Shown here: in pieces, positions 38,938-47,680 of the stretch
Layout: the number at the start of each line of letters is the position of its first letter
How positions within the stretch are numbered: position 1 is the stretch's first letter
Source of the DNA: Aestuariivirga sp.
GTDB taxonomy: Bacteria > Pseudomonadota > Alphaproteobacteria > Rhizobiales > Aestuariivirgaceae
Assembly: GCF_020252395.1 (NCBI RefSeq)
Contig: NZ_JADCDB010000017.1
Coordinates: 5,710-69,709, forward strand
Reading direction: 5' to 3'
Length of the DNA: 64,000 nt
Notes under the pieces: generated by a model
Told to the model about the DNA's origin: nothing
The model's input: the letters and a program-made list of their open reading frames with translations, nothing else
Databases searched by the model: none
Translations under genes and position numbers: made by a program

Positions 38938-39970
38938 GATCTCCGTCATCGGCGACCGCTTCATGCTCTCCTCCATGTTCGAGGAGGCGCTGCGCGAACG
39001 CTGCCGCCTGTTCGATCTCGATATCCGCACCCACGACATGCCCTGGCCCGACGAGCCGATGGAGCATGGCTATGCGGTGAAGGGCATGGACGGGCTGAAG
39101 GAATATATGGGCAGTGCCGACGAGGTGGTGGCGTTGACGGGCGATGCCGAGATCCTGGTGACGCAGCTGGCGCCGCTGTCCGCCTCCATCATGGACCGGC
39201 TGCCGAACCTCAAATTCGTCGCGGTGTCGCGCGGCGGCCCTGTCAACATCGACATGGCGGCGGCGCGGGAGCGTGGCATCACGGTTGTCAACACGCCGGG
39301 GCGCAATGCCTCCGCCGTTGCCGAATTCACCATCGGCGCCATCCTCAACGAGACGCGCAAGATCACCCAGGGCCATGACGCGCTGCGCCGCGGCGAGTGG
39401 CGCGGCGACCTCTACCGCGCCGACCTCACCGGCCAGGAGCTTTCCGAGATGACGGTGGGACTCATCGGCTATGGCGAGGTGGGACGGCGCGTCGTCAAGT
39501 TTCTGAAGGTCTTCGGCTGCCGCATCCTGGTGAGCGACCCTTACGTGCAGTTGACAGCGGATGACCTGAACGATGGCGTGATCCAGTGTTCGCTGGATCG
39601 TGTTCTGGCCGAGTCTGACGTGGTGTCGCTCCACCCGCGCGTGACGGCGGAGACGGCGAAGATGATCAACAAGGACACGCTGGCGCAAATGAAGGACGGC
39701 GCCTATCTCATCAACACGGCGCGCGGGCCCTTGATGAATTATGACGACGTCTACGAGGCGCTGGTCTCTGGCAAGCTCAAGGGCGCGATGCTGGAGACTT
39801 TCGACGTCGAACCCGTGCCGCCGGACAACCGCTTCCTGAAGCTCCCCAACGTGACGCTGACGCCGCATATCGCCGGGGCGTCGGTCAAGACGGTGAGCTA
39901 TGCCGCGGGCCTCACGGCGGAAGAAGTGCGCCGCTATCTGGCGGGAGAGCCCGCTCTCAACAGGTGCTGA
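38927..39970 (+). CDS. D-isomer-specific 2-hydroxyacid dehydrogenase (NAD-binding)
   Basis: The Rossmann motif is VGLIGYGEVGRRV and the catalytic region is NTARGPLM...LETFDVEP...TPHIAGAS. The start is taken as GTG 38927 (VLRKISVIGDRF) and is uncertain. Confidence 0.8.
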   Translation: MLRKISVIGDRFMLSSMFEEALRERCRLFDLDIRTHDMPWPDEPMEHGYAVKGMDGLKEYMGSADEVVALTGDAEILVTQLAPLSASIMDRLPNLKFVAVSRGGPVNIDMAAARERGITVVNTPGRNASAVAEFTIGAILNETRKITQGHDALRRGEWRGDLYRADLTGQELSEMTVGLIGYGEVGRRVVKFLKVFGCRILVSDPYVQLTADDLNDGVIQCSLDRVLAESDVVSLHPRVTAETAKMINKDTLAQMKDGAYLINTARGPLMNYDDVYEALVSGKLKGAMLETFDVEPVPPDNRFLKLPNVTLTPHIAGASVKTVSYAAGLTAEEVRRYLAGEPALNRC

Positions 39971-39983
39971 CGGGTTCCGGGCC

Positions 39984-41468
39984 ATGCAGGAGCTGAAGCC
40001 GGTGGATCTGGTCGTCATCGGGGGCGGTGTCAACGGGGCCGGCATCGCACGCGATGCCGCGGGCCGGGGATTATCGGTCATCCTGTGCGAGAAGGACGAC
40101 CTGGCGCAGGGCACCTCCTCGCGTTCCGGCAAGCTGATCCACGGCGGCTTGCGCTATCTCGAATACTATGAATTCCGCCTGGTGCGCGAGGCGCTGATCG
40201 AGCGCGAGGTGCTGCTCAATGCGGCCCCCCACATCGTTTGGCCCATGCGGTTCGTGCTGCCGCATTCGCCGGAGCAGCGGCCGGCCTGGCTCGTGCGGCT
40301 CGGCCTGTTCCTTTACGACCATCTGGGCGGCCGCAGGAAGCTTCCCGGCTGCCGCAACATCGATTTGCGGCGCGGCCCCGAGGGCAAGCCGATTCGCCCG
40401 GAATTCACCCGCGCCTTCGAATATTCGGACTGCTGGGTGGATGATGCGCGGCTCGTGTCGCTCAACGCGCTCGACGCGAAGGAGCGTGGCGCCATGGTGA
40501 TGACGCGCACCGCGGCCACCGCGGCGCGCCGCGAGGATGGTGCGTGGGAGGTGGAATTCACCGCCTCCGATGGCACGCAGTCGAAGGTGCGCGCCAAGGC
40601 CATCGCCAATGCGGCGGGGCCGTGGGTTGAGACTGTGATCAACGGCGTCGCCGGTTCCAACTCGCCGCGCCGCGTGCGCCTCGTCAAGGGCAGCCACATC
40701 ATTGTCCGCAAATTCTGGGAAGGCCCGCAGGCTTATCTGTTCCAGAACGACGACAAGCGCGTGATCTTCGTCAACCCTTACGAAGGCGGCATGGCGCTGA
40801 TCGGCACCACCGACATTCCTTACGAGGGGCGGGCGGAAGACGTGGCGATCGACGAGAAGGAGACGGACTACCTTCTCGCCGCCATCAACCGCTATCTCAA
40901 GGCGCCGGTCACGAGGGACCAAGTGATCCATGCCATCTCCGGCGTGCGCCCGCTCTATGACGACAATGCCGAGAACCCCTCCGCGGTGACGCGCGACTAT
41001 GTGTTCGACGTGACGGGCGAGCCACCCATGCTGTCGGTGTTCGGCGGCAAGATCACCACCTACCGCAAGCTTGCCGAGCATGCGTTGGAGAAGCTGAAGC
41101 CTTTCTTCCCCGCCATGAAGGATGCGTGGACCGCAACAGCACCGCTGCCGGGCGGCGATATGCCGGATGCGGATTTCGAGCGCTTCCTCGGCGACCTGCG
41201 AAAGGCCAATCCATGGTTGCCGGAGAAAGTCGCGCATCACTATGCGCGGCTCTACGGCACGCGGACGAAGGAGCTGCTGAACGGCGCGCGCGGCATGCCC
41301 GGCCTCGGCCAGCATTTCGGCGGGCTGCTGTACAAGGCGGAGATCGACTACCTCCGCAGGGCGGAGTGGGCGCGGACGGCGGACGACGTTTTGGACCGGC
41401 GCACCAAGCATGGGCTGCACATCACGGCGGAGCAGCGCGCTGCGGTGCAGAGCTACATGGGTGGCTGA
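39984..41468 (+). CDS. glpD: FAD-dependent glycerol-3-phosphate dehydrogenase family (GlpD/EryB-like)
   Basis: ATG 39984 gives MQELKPVDLVVIGGGVNGAGIARDAAGRGLSV, followed by SSRSGKLIHGGLRYLE. Confidence 0.88.
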   Translation: MQELKPVDLVVIGGGVNGAGIARDAAGRGLSVILCEKDDLAQGTSSRSGKLIHGGLRYLEYYEFRLVREALIEREVLLNAAPHIVWPMRFVLPHSPEQRPAWLVRLGLFLYDHLGGRRKLPGCRNIDLRRGPEGKPIRPEFTRAFEYSDCWVDDARLVSLNALDAKERGAMVMTRTAATAARREDGAWEVEFTASDGTQSKVRAKAIANAAGPWVETVINGVAGSNSPRRVRLVKGSHIIVRKFWEGPQAYLFQNDDKRVIFVNPYEGGMALIGTTDIPYEGRAEDVAIDEKETDYLLAAINRYLKAPVTRDQVIHAISGVRPLYDDNAENPSAVTRDYVFDVTGEPPMLSVFGGKITTYRKLAEHALEKLKPFFPAMKDAWTATAPLPGGDMPDADFERFLGDLRKANPWLPEKVAHHYARLYGTRTKELLNGARGMPGLGQHFGGLLYKAEIDYLRRAEWARTADDVLDRRTKHGLHITAEQRAAVQSYMGG

Positions 41469-41495
41469 ATTTCCCCTCGCGCGTGACGGTGGTTT

Positions 41496-42101
41496 GTGGA
41501 ACCATGCCCGGCCATGAGCAGTGACGACGAAGGCAGCGGCGGCGGCCGCATGATCGCCTGGCGGCTGGAACGGCTGGCCCGCGTGATGCGCGCGCGTGAG
41601 CATGAGGGCGGGATGACGCCCGCCCAACGCGAGGCGCTGCGTTATCTCGTACGCGCCAACCGCTTCTCCAACACTCCCGGCGCGCTGACGCGCTATCTCG
41701 GCGCCACCAAGGGAACGGTGTCGCAGACGGTGATGGCGCTGGAGCGCAAAGGCTACGTAGCCAAGGCGGAGCGCAATGCGCGCAAGGCGGTTCACCTGTC
41801 GCTGACGGAGAAGGGACTCAGCGCCCTCGGCAACGACCCCTGGACCGAACTCGCGGCAGAGGCCGAGGAGCTGGGCGGCAAGACCAAGCGCCGCATGCAG
41901 CGTGGGCTCGAGCAGCTGCTGGAGCGTGAGTTGACGCGCGCCGGGTTGGCGGGCTTCGGCGTGTGCGCGAGCTGCCGCTTTTTCCGCGAGAAGGGCCGGG
42001 AGGGAGATGCAAAGGGCCCGCATCTCTGCATGCTGTTCGAGGATGCGCTCTCGGACGAAGACGCCTGCCGCATCTGCATCGAGCACGCAGCGGCGATCTA
42101 G
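41496..42101 (+). CDS. MarR-family transcriptional regulator with a Cys-rich C-terminal extension
   Basis: The winged-helix core reads PAQREALRYLVRANRFSNTPGALTRYLGATKGTVSQTVMALERKGYV. The tail is CASCRFF...HLCMLF...DACRICIEH. The start may instead be ATG 41514. Confidence 0.75.
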   Translation: MEPCPAMSSDDEGSGGGRMIAWRLERLARVMRAREHEGGMTPAQREALRYLVRANRFSNTPGALTRYLGATKGTVSQTVMALERKGYVAKAERNARKAVHLSLTEKGLSALGNDPWTELAAEAEELGGKTKRRMQRGLEQLLERELTRAGLAGFGVCASCRFFREKGREGDAKGPHLCMLFEDALSDEDACRICIEHAAAI

Positions 42102-42859
42102 CGCCAGACGGGCAGGCTCGTGAGCACCGAGGCGGCGATCAGGGCGAAGCAGAGGCGGCGGAAGATTTCGGGGCTGGCGAAATGGAAGGCGCGGGAGCCG
42201 GTGAAGAGGCCCAGCGCATAGGCTGGCGCCACGAGAGCGGCGAGCCAGAGGGCTTGCGCGGTGATGATGCCGGAGACGAGATAGCTGATGAAGGTGAAAA
42301 CAGTGGTGGCGCCGAAGAACAGGATGATGGAGGCGCGGATGGTGCCATGCGCCTCCTTGCCGGAAAGCCAGTAGGCAACGGCGGGCGGTCCGGTCATCTG
42401 CGCGAGGCCGCCGAAGAGCCCGGCCACAGCGCCCACCGCAGCCGTGACCGGTGCGCGCGGCGTGCCGTGGTAGCGCCAGCCGGAGACGAGGAGCAGGAGC
42501 ATCGATGAGGCGAGGCCGCAGATCACCCAGCGCAGGAGAAGGGGATCGGCATGGCGCAGTATCAGGGCGCCGAGCGGCACGCCGATGATGGCGCCGGACG
42601 CCATCAACGTGACGTCGCGCCGCCTGGCCAGCATCCAGGCGCGTGGCAGGAATGCCAATGCGAGAACACCATCGGCCATCAGCAGAACGGGTGCGGCGAC
42701 CGCAGGGCCCACCAACGCGCTGCCGGCTGGCATGAAGATCAAGGCCGCGCCGAAGCCCGAAAATCCGCGCGCCAGGCCCGCGATGCAGGCCACGAGCACG
42801 GTGAGGGTGAGGGTCAGGAGGCTGAAGTGATCGAAAGACGAAGGCACGGGACCCTTCAT
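42098..42859 (-). CDS. TauE/SafE-family anion (sulfite/sulfonate) exporter
   Basis: Polytopic protein with ...LARGFSGFGAALIFMP... and repeated G-rich TM segments. The start is ATG 42859, with 42904 as the longer alternative. There is a 4-nt CTAG overlap with the convergent marR stop. Confidence 0.72.
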   Translation of the reverse strand: MKGPVPSSFDHFSLLTLTLTVLVACIAGLARGFSGFGAALIFMPAGSALVGPAVAAPVLLMADGVLALAFLPRAWMLARRRDVTLMASGAIIGVPLGALILRHADPLLLRWVICGLASSMLLLLVSGWRYHGTPRAPVTAAVGAVAGLFGGLAQMTGPPAVAYWLSGKEAHGTIRASIILFFGATTVFTFISYLVSGIITAQALWLAALVAPAYALGLFTGSRAFHFASPEIFRRLCFALIAASVLTSLPVWR

Positions 42860-43050
42860 GAGCCCGTGCCCCCGAATCTGCAAGCCGGGCTCGGGTAAGG
42901 GCATCGGCGGCTGTGTGCATGGCGTGCCCCTGTGAACCGTGAAGAAAAGTGTTAAGACTGCCCACGGGGGTCCTGCAGGAATAAATGATGAAAAAGCAAA
43001 TTACACATCATTGAAATGCGGTATGATTCACCATTTTCTGAAAAGAGCCC

Positions 43051-43767
43051 TTAGCCTTTGGTATGCTCCCCCAGCTTCGCAAGAAGGGACCGCAGGGCCC
43101 CGCCGGAATAGACCGGGGTGCTGAAGGGCAGGCGGAGAACCTCCTCGCCGCGCCGAAGATCCGCCCCGTCCGGGTCAATGGCCGCGATTTTCCAGCCCCC
43201 GGGTTCCGCCCCGAGCAGTTTCCGGGCGTAGCGCTGGATGGCGTCCTCATGGTCGTCATTCATATGCTGCACGGCACCCTCCTCCAGCGCGATCATCTCA
43301 TCGGCCGAGGGGAACATCTCACCGGCGGGAATGGTTTCGATCCGGCCGAAGCCCGCCACGGCATGGGCCCGCTCGGGCTCGAGCCGCCAGAAGGCGAAAT
43401 CGCCGAAGCCGGCATACATCTCCGCCGCCGGGTGGCGGGCGAGGTAGCGGCGCGATACCCGGGCGGCCTCCGCCTTGGAAAACCGGCCCATGACCGTGAC
43501 GCGGGTTCCGGTCAGCGCATCGCCCGCGGACGGGAGTTCTGCCACCATGACGCTGGCGCGGGGGTCTGCCAGCAGGTTGCGGGTGTGCCAGGCGAGCGTC
43601 GAAACCAGGATGACCGGGCAACCCTGCACGTCGGTGGCGATGTTGACAAGCGAGGCATAGGGGGCGCCATCATCGGCATTAAGGGTGCCGAGCGTGGCCG
43701 CGCGGGCCCGGCGGAGCAGGTTGCGGGCCTCTTCTGCACTGAAACTTCTGCTGTTATTCATCAACAT
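43051..43767 (-). CDS. HugZ-like / pyridoxamine-5'-phosphate-oxidase-fold protein with a DUF2470-type C-terminus (putative heme utilisation)
   Basis: The sequence contains ARNLLRRARAATLGTLNADDGAPYASLV, then GDFAFWRLEPERAHAVAGFGR and VQHMNDDHEDAI. Confidence 0.7.
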   Translation of the reverse strand: MLMNNSRSFSAEEARNLLRRARAATLGTLNADDGAPYASLVNIATDVQGCPVILVSTLAWHTRNLLADPRASVMVAELPSAGDALTGTRVTVMGRFSKAEAARVSRRYLARHPAAEMYAGFGDFAFWRLEPERAHAVAGFGRIETIPAGEMFPSADEMIALEEGAVQHMNDDHEDAIQRYARKLLGAEPGGWKIAAIDPDGADLRRGEEVLRLPFSTPVYSGGALRSLLAKLGEHTKG

Positions 43768-43871
43768 ACCTCGCAATTGCGGCCGGAAGCACTTATCATG
43801 ACCGCCACATTTTGTTCCAGTTCCACCCCTAGTGCCGAAGGAAGGACATCGTTGAAGGGATGAACAAGAGA

Positions 43872-44570
43872 ATGCCCACCATTGCGCTGGTCGACGACGA
43901 CCGCAACATCCTGACATCCGTTGGCATGGCGCTCGAAAACGAGGGCTACGCGGTGCAGAAATACAACGACGGCGCGGCAGCCCTGCAGGGCCTGCAGGAT
44001 AATCCCCCCGACATGGCGATCTTCGACATCAAGATGCCGCGCATGGACGGGATGGAGCTGCTCCGCCGCATCCGCCAGAAGTCCGACCTGCCCGTCATCT
44101 TCCTCACCTCCAAGGACGACGAGATCGACGAGCTTTTCGGCCTCAAGATGGGGGCCGACGACTTCATCAAGAAGCCCTTCTCGCAGCGCCTGCTTGTGGA
44201 GCGCGTGAAAGCGGTGATGCGCCGTGCGGTGAACCGCGACGTGACCACTGCCCCCACCGAGGCCGCCAAGGTCATCGAACGCGGCAAGCTGGCCATGGAC
44301 CCGGACCGCCATTCCTGCACCTGGGACGGAAAGCCGGTGACGCTGACGGTGACGGAATTCCTGATCCTGCAATCGCTGGCGCAGCGCCCCGGCATCGTGA
44401 AGAGCCGCGACGCGCTGATGGACGCGGCCTATGACGACCAGGTTTATGTCGACGACCGCACCATCGACAGCCACATCAAGCGGCTGCGCAAGAAATTCAA
44501 CGCGGTCGATGCCGAGTTCGACGCCATCGAGACCCTCTATGGCGTGGGCTACCGCTTCAAGGAACAATAG
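43872..44570 (+). CDS. chvI: OmpR-family response regulator ChvI
   Basis: The sequence [17 protein letters not shown]...[58 protein letters not shown] is near-identical in pattern to rhizobial ChvI. ATG 43860 is the alternative start. Confidence 0.92.
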   Translation: MPTIALVDDDRNILTSVGMALENEGYAVQKYNDGAAALQGLQDNPPDMAIFDIKMPRMDGMELLRRIRQKSDLPVIFLTSKDDEIDELFGLKMGADDFIKKPFSQRLLVERVKAVMRRAVNRDVTTAPTEAAKVIERGKLAMDPDRHSCTWDGKPVTLTVTEFLILQSLAQRPGIVKSRDALMDAAYDDQVYVDDRTIDSHIKRLRKKFNAVDAEFDAIETLYGVGYRFKEQ

Positions 44571-44599
44571 GACCGGACCTCCGGGGCCGGTGACCGCCG

Positions 44600-46390
44600 A
44601 TGCTTGACAAGGTGATGCCGCCCGAGACCGCGGAGCGCGCCGAAGCCGACGAGGCCGAGAACGTGGAACGCGAGGCCGCGCCAAATCAGGGCTTCGTGCG
44701 GCGCATCTGGCCGCACCGGCTGACCAGCCGCATCGTGCTGCTGAACCTTCTGGGCCTCATCGTTCTCGTCTCCGGCATTCTCTATTTCAACCAGTTCCGC
44801 CAGGGCCTGATCGACGCGCGGGTGCAGAGCCTGACGACACAGGCGCAAATCATCGCCGCGGCGGTGGCGGGTTCGGCCACCGTCGACACCGGCTCGATCG
44901 TCATCGACCCCGACTCGCTCGCCGACACCAACGACGAGGTGCTGCCCGACTCGGATCAGATGTCGAGCCTCGACTTCCCGATCGACCCGGAAGCCGCGGG
45001 CCCCGTGCTGAAGCGGCTGCTGGCAAACACCACCGTCCGCGCACGGATCATCGACAAGGACGGAAACCTCGTGGTCGACAGCCGCTTTCTCTATTCGCGG
45101 GGCGACATCGTGCAATCCGACTTGCCGCCGCTCAACGGCGAGCAGGAGGGCTTCAGTCTCCGGTCGCAGTGGAACCGCTTCGTCACTTGGACCTTCAGCT
45201 ACGATTATCCGAAGCAGATCGAATACGGCATCGACAATGGCAAGGAATTCGGCGAGGTTGCCGCGGCGCTCAGGGGCGCCAAGGTGGCCATCGTGCGCCT
45301 CAACGACCGCGGCCAGATCATCGTGCTTGTGGCGGTGCCGATCCAGCGTTTCCGCGCCGTGCTGGGAGCGCTCGTTCTCTCCACAACCGGCGGCGAGATC
45401 GACAATGTGCTCAAGGCCGAGCGCCAGGTGGTGCTGATGACCTTCGGCTTCGTGGCGCTCGTCACCATTCTGCTGTCGGTCCTGCTCGCATCCACCATCG
45501 CGCTACCCCTGCGAAAGCTGGCGGCCGCCGCCGAACGGGTGCGCCGCGGCATCAACAAGCGGGTGGAAATCCCCGATTTTTCCGGCCGCGGCGACGAGAT
45601 CGGCGATCTCTCCGGCGCGGTGCGCGACATGACCAATGCGCTCTATAACCGCATTGCCGCCATTGAGGCCTTCGCGGCGGATGTGTCCCATGAGCTCAAG
45701 AACCCGCTCACCTCGCTCCGCAGCGCCGTCGAGACGCTGGCCTATGCCAAGACGCCGGAGCAGCGCGAGCGGCTGGTGGAGATCGTGAACCATGACGTGA
45801 AGCGGCTGGACCGCCTGATCACCGACATTTCCGATGCATCCCGTCTCGACGCCGAGCTGGCGCGCGGCGAGGCGCAGGCCTTCGACCTGTCGCAGCTGCT
45901 CGAATCGATCGCCAGCTTCGCCAACGACACGCGCAAGGAAGGACAGGCGGAGGTCGAGTTCGAGGTGGCCAAGCCACCGCTAGGCATGGACCGCGCAAAA
46001 GCCTACACCGTGATGGGGCACGACTCGCGGCTGGGCCAGGTGGTCAGGAACCTCATCGACAACGCGCGCTCCTTCACCAGGCCCGGCACCAAGCTTCAAA
46101 TGCGGGTGCGCCGCGTGGGGCCCGACGTCGAATTCCGCGTCGATGACTTAGGCCCCGGCATTCCGCCCGACAATCTGCAGCGCGTGTTCGAGCGCTTCTA
46201 CACCGACCGGCCAGAAGGGAGCTTCGGCTCGAACTCCGGCCTCGGCCTGTCGATCTCGCAGCAGATCGTCGATGCGCACAAGGGCCACATCTGGGCCGAG
46301 AACCGCTATGGGAAGCCCGACGAGTCCGGCGGGAAGCCGGTGCTCGGCGCACGCTTCACCGTGCGCATACCGGCCGCACTCCATGCATGA
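44600..46390 (+). CDS. chvG: sensor histidine kinase ChvG/ExoS
   Basis: Two TM segments flank a periplasmic domain, followed by a HAMP domain. The H-box is FAADVSHELKNPLTSL and the ATPase G-boxes read DDLGPGIP...GLGLSI. It lies directly downstream of chvI. Confidence 0.9.
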   Translation: MLDKVMPPETAERAEADEAENVEREAAPNQGFVRRIWPHRLTSRIVLLNLLGLIVLVSGILYFNQFRQGLIDARVQSLTTQAQIIAAAVAGSATVDTGSIVIDPDSLADTNDEVLPDSDQMSSLDFPIDPEAAGPVLKRLLANTTVRARIIDKDGNLVVDSRFLYSRGDIVQSDLPPLNGEQEGFSLRSQWNRFVTWTFSYDYPKQIEYGIDNGKEFGEVAAALRGAKVAIVRLNDRGQIIVLVAVPIQRFRAVLGALVLSTTGGEIDNVLKAERQVVLMTFGFVALVTILLSVLLASTIALPLRKLAAAAERVRRGINKRVEIPDFSGRGDEIGDLSGAVRDMTNALYNRIAAIEAFAADVSHELKNPLTSLRSAVETLAYAKTPEQRERLVEIVNHDVKRLDRLITDISDASRLDAELARGEAQAFDLSQLLESIASFANDTRKEGQAEVEFEVAKPPLGMDRAKAYTVMGHDSRLGQVVRNLIDNARSFTRPGTKLQMRVRRVGPDVEFRVDDLGPGIPPDNLQRVFERFYTDRPEGSFGSNSGLGLSISQQIVDAHKGHIWAENRYGKPDESGGKPVLGARFTVRIPAALHA

Positions 46391-46847
46391 GGAAGCCCTC
46401 ATCCACGGCACCTGCCTCGCCATCGGAACTGACGGCGTGCTGCTGGTGGGAAAGCCCGGCAGCGGCAAGTCGGATCTCGCGCTGCGGCTGATCGACCAGC
46501 AGGGACTGGGCCTTTCCGGCAAGGCGCGCTCTGCGCTGCTCGTCGCCGATGACCAGGTTGTGATCCGCAAGATCAAGAGCGCGCTTATCGCCTCCGCGCC
46601 AGCTTCCCTGAAGGGCAAGCTGGAGATCCGCGGCCTCGGCATTGCGGAACTTGCGGTTGCCGCCGAAACCCGTTTGCGGCTTGCCGTCAGGCTCACGCCC
46701 GCCGGCGAAATCGAGCGCCTGCCGGACCTGGGCGCCGCGCGCATGGACGTGCTCGGAATCGGCCTGCCGCTGATCCTCCTGGACCCCGGATCCGCATCGG
46801 CGCCAGCACGGCTGCGGGCCGCGCTGGACCAGTTCGTGCAGGGCTGA
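46383..46847 (+). CDS. hprK: short HPr kinase/phosphorylase (C-terminal domain only, alphaproteobacterial type)
   Basis: The sequence MHEEALIHGTCLAIGTDGVLLVGKPGSGKSDLALRLI carries the P-loop, followed by LEIRGLGI. The start overlaps the 3' end of chvG by 8 nt (46383-46390; ATGCATGA). Confidence 0.88.
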   Translation: MHEEALIHGTCLAIGTDGVLLVGKPGSGKSDLALRLIDQQGLGLSGKARSALLVADDQVVIRKIKSALIASAPASLKGKLEIRGLGIAELAVAAETRLRLAVRLTPAGEIERLPDLGAARMDVLGIGLPLILLDPGSASAPARLRAALDQFVQG

Positions 46848-46925
46848 AACAATGTTGCATCGCGGGGGCGTTAGAGGCATTGTGCGCCACCCTGAGCGGG
46901 AAAAGCGCGGAGTTTCACCACCATC

Positions 46926-47324
46926 ATGATCGGACTCGTCCTGGTCACCCATGGCCGCCTGGCGGAGGAATTCCGGTCTGCACTGGAACATGTGGTGGGG
47001 CCGCAAAGTGCGATCGAGACCGTGGCCATAGGTCCGGACGACCGCATGGAAGCGCGCCGCGCCGACATCGCCGCGGCGGTGGCGCGCGCCGACACCGGGG
47101 TCGGCGTCATCATCCTCACCGATATGTTCGGCGGCACGCCGTCGAATCTCGCCATCTCGCTGCTCGAGATCGGCAAGGTGGAGGTGGTGGCCGGGCTGAA
47201 CCTGCCGATGCTCGTCAAGCTCGCGCGCATTCGCAAGGACTATGCGCTCGACAAGGCGGCCACCGCGGCCCAGGACGCGGGGCGGAAATACATCAACGTC
47301 GCCAGCCAGATCCTGGGAGACTGA
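46926..47324 (+). CDS. manX: PTS EIIA component, mannose/fructose family
   Basis: MIGLVLVTHGRLAEEF contains the phosphorylatable His region, followed by ILTDMFGGTPSN. Confidence 0.88.
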   Translation: MIGLVLVTHGRLAEEFRSALEHVVGPQSAIETVAIGPDDRMEARRADIAAAVARADTGVGVIILTDMFGGTPSNLAISLLEIGKVEVVAGLNLPMLVKLARIRKDYALDKAATAAQDAGRKYINVASQILGD

Positions 47325-47326
47325 CG

Positions 47327-47605
47327 ATGCCGGAAACGGTCGCCGCCCGCGAGCTCGCCATCGCCAACCAGCGGGGCCTCCACGCCCGCGCATCGGCCAA
47401 GTTCGTCAAATGCGCCGAAGGCTTCGATGCCGAGATCACGGTGACGCGCGACGGCATGTCGGTGCCCGCCACCTCGATCATGGGCCTGATGATGCTGGGC
47501 GCGGCCATGGGCACATCGATCATGGTGGAAGCCAGAGGCAGGCAGGCCGAGGAAGCCCTTGAGGCGCTGGCGCAGCTCGTCGAGAGCAAGTTCGACGAAG
47601 AGTGA
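47327..47605 (+). CDS. ptsH: HPr-family phosphocarrier protein
   Basis: 92 aa. NQRGLHARASAKFV contains the active-site His, and the Ser region is PATSIMGLMMLGA. Confidence 0.88.
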   Translation: MPETVAARELAIANQRGLHARASAKFVKCAEGFDAEITVTRDGMSVPATSIMGLMMLGAAMGTSIMVEARGRQAEEALEALAQLVESKFDEE

Positions 47606-47680
47606 GGGCCTCGTCCCACACACTCTCACTCATCATCGCCGGGACAAGCCCGCGTATGATGAACGTGGGGAACGGTTGAT

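Noticed and set aside
40071-42965. 964-aa minus-strand ORF
   Set aside because: It spans the glpD-like gene, marR and tauE in an unrelated frame. It would have to overlap three well-supported genes. The sequence is low-complexity.
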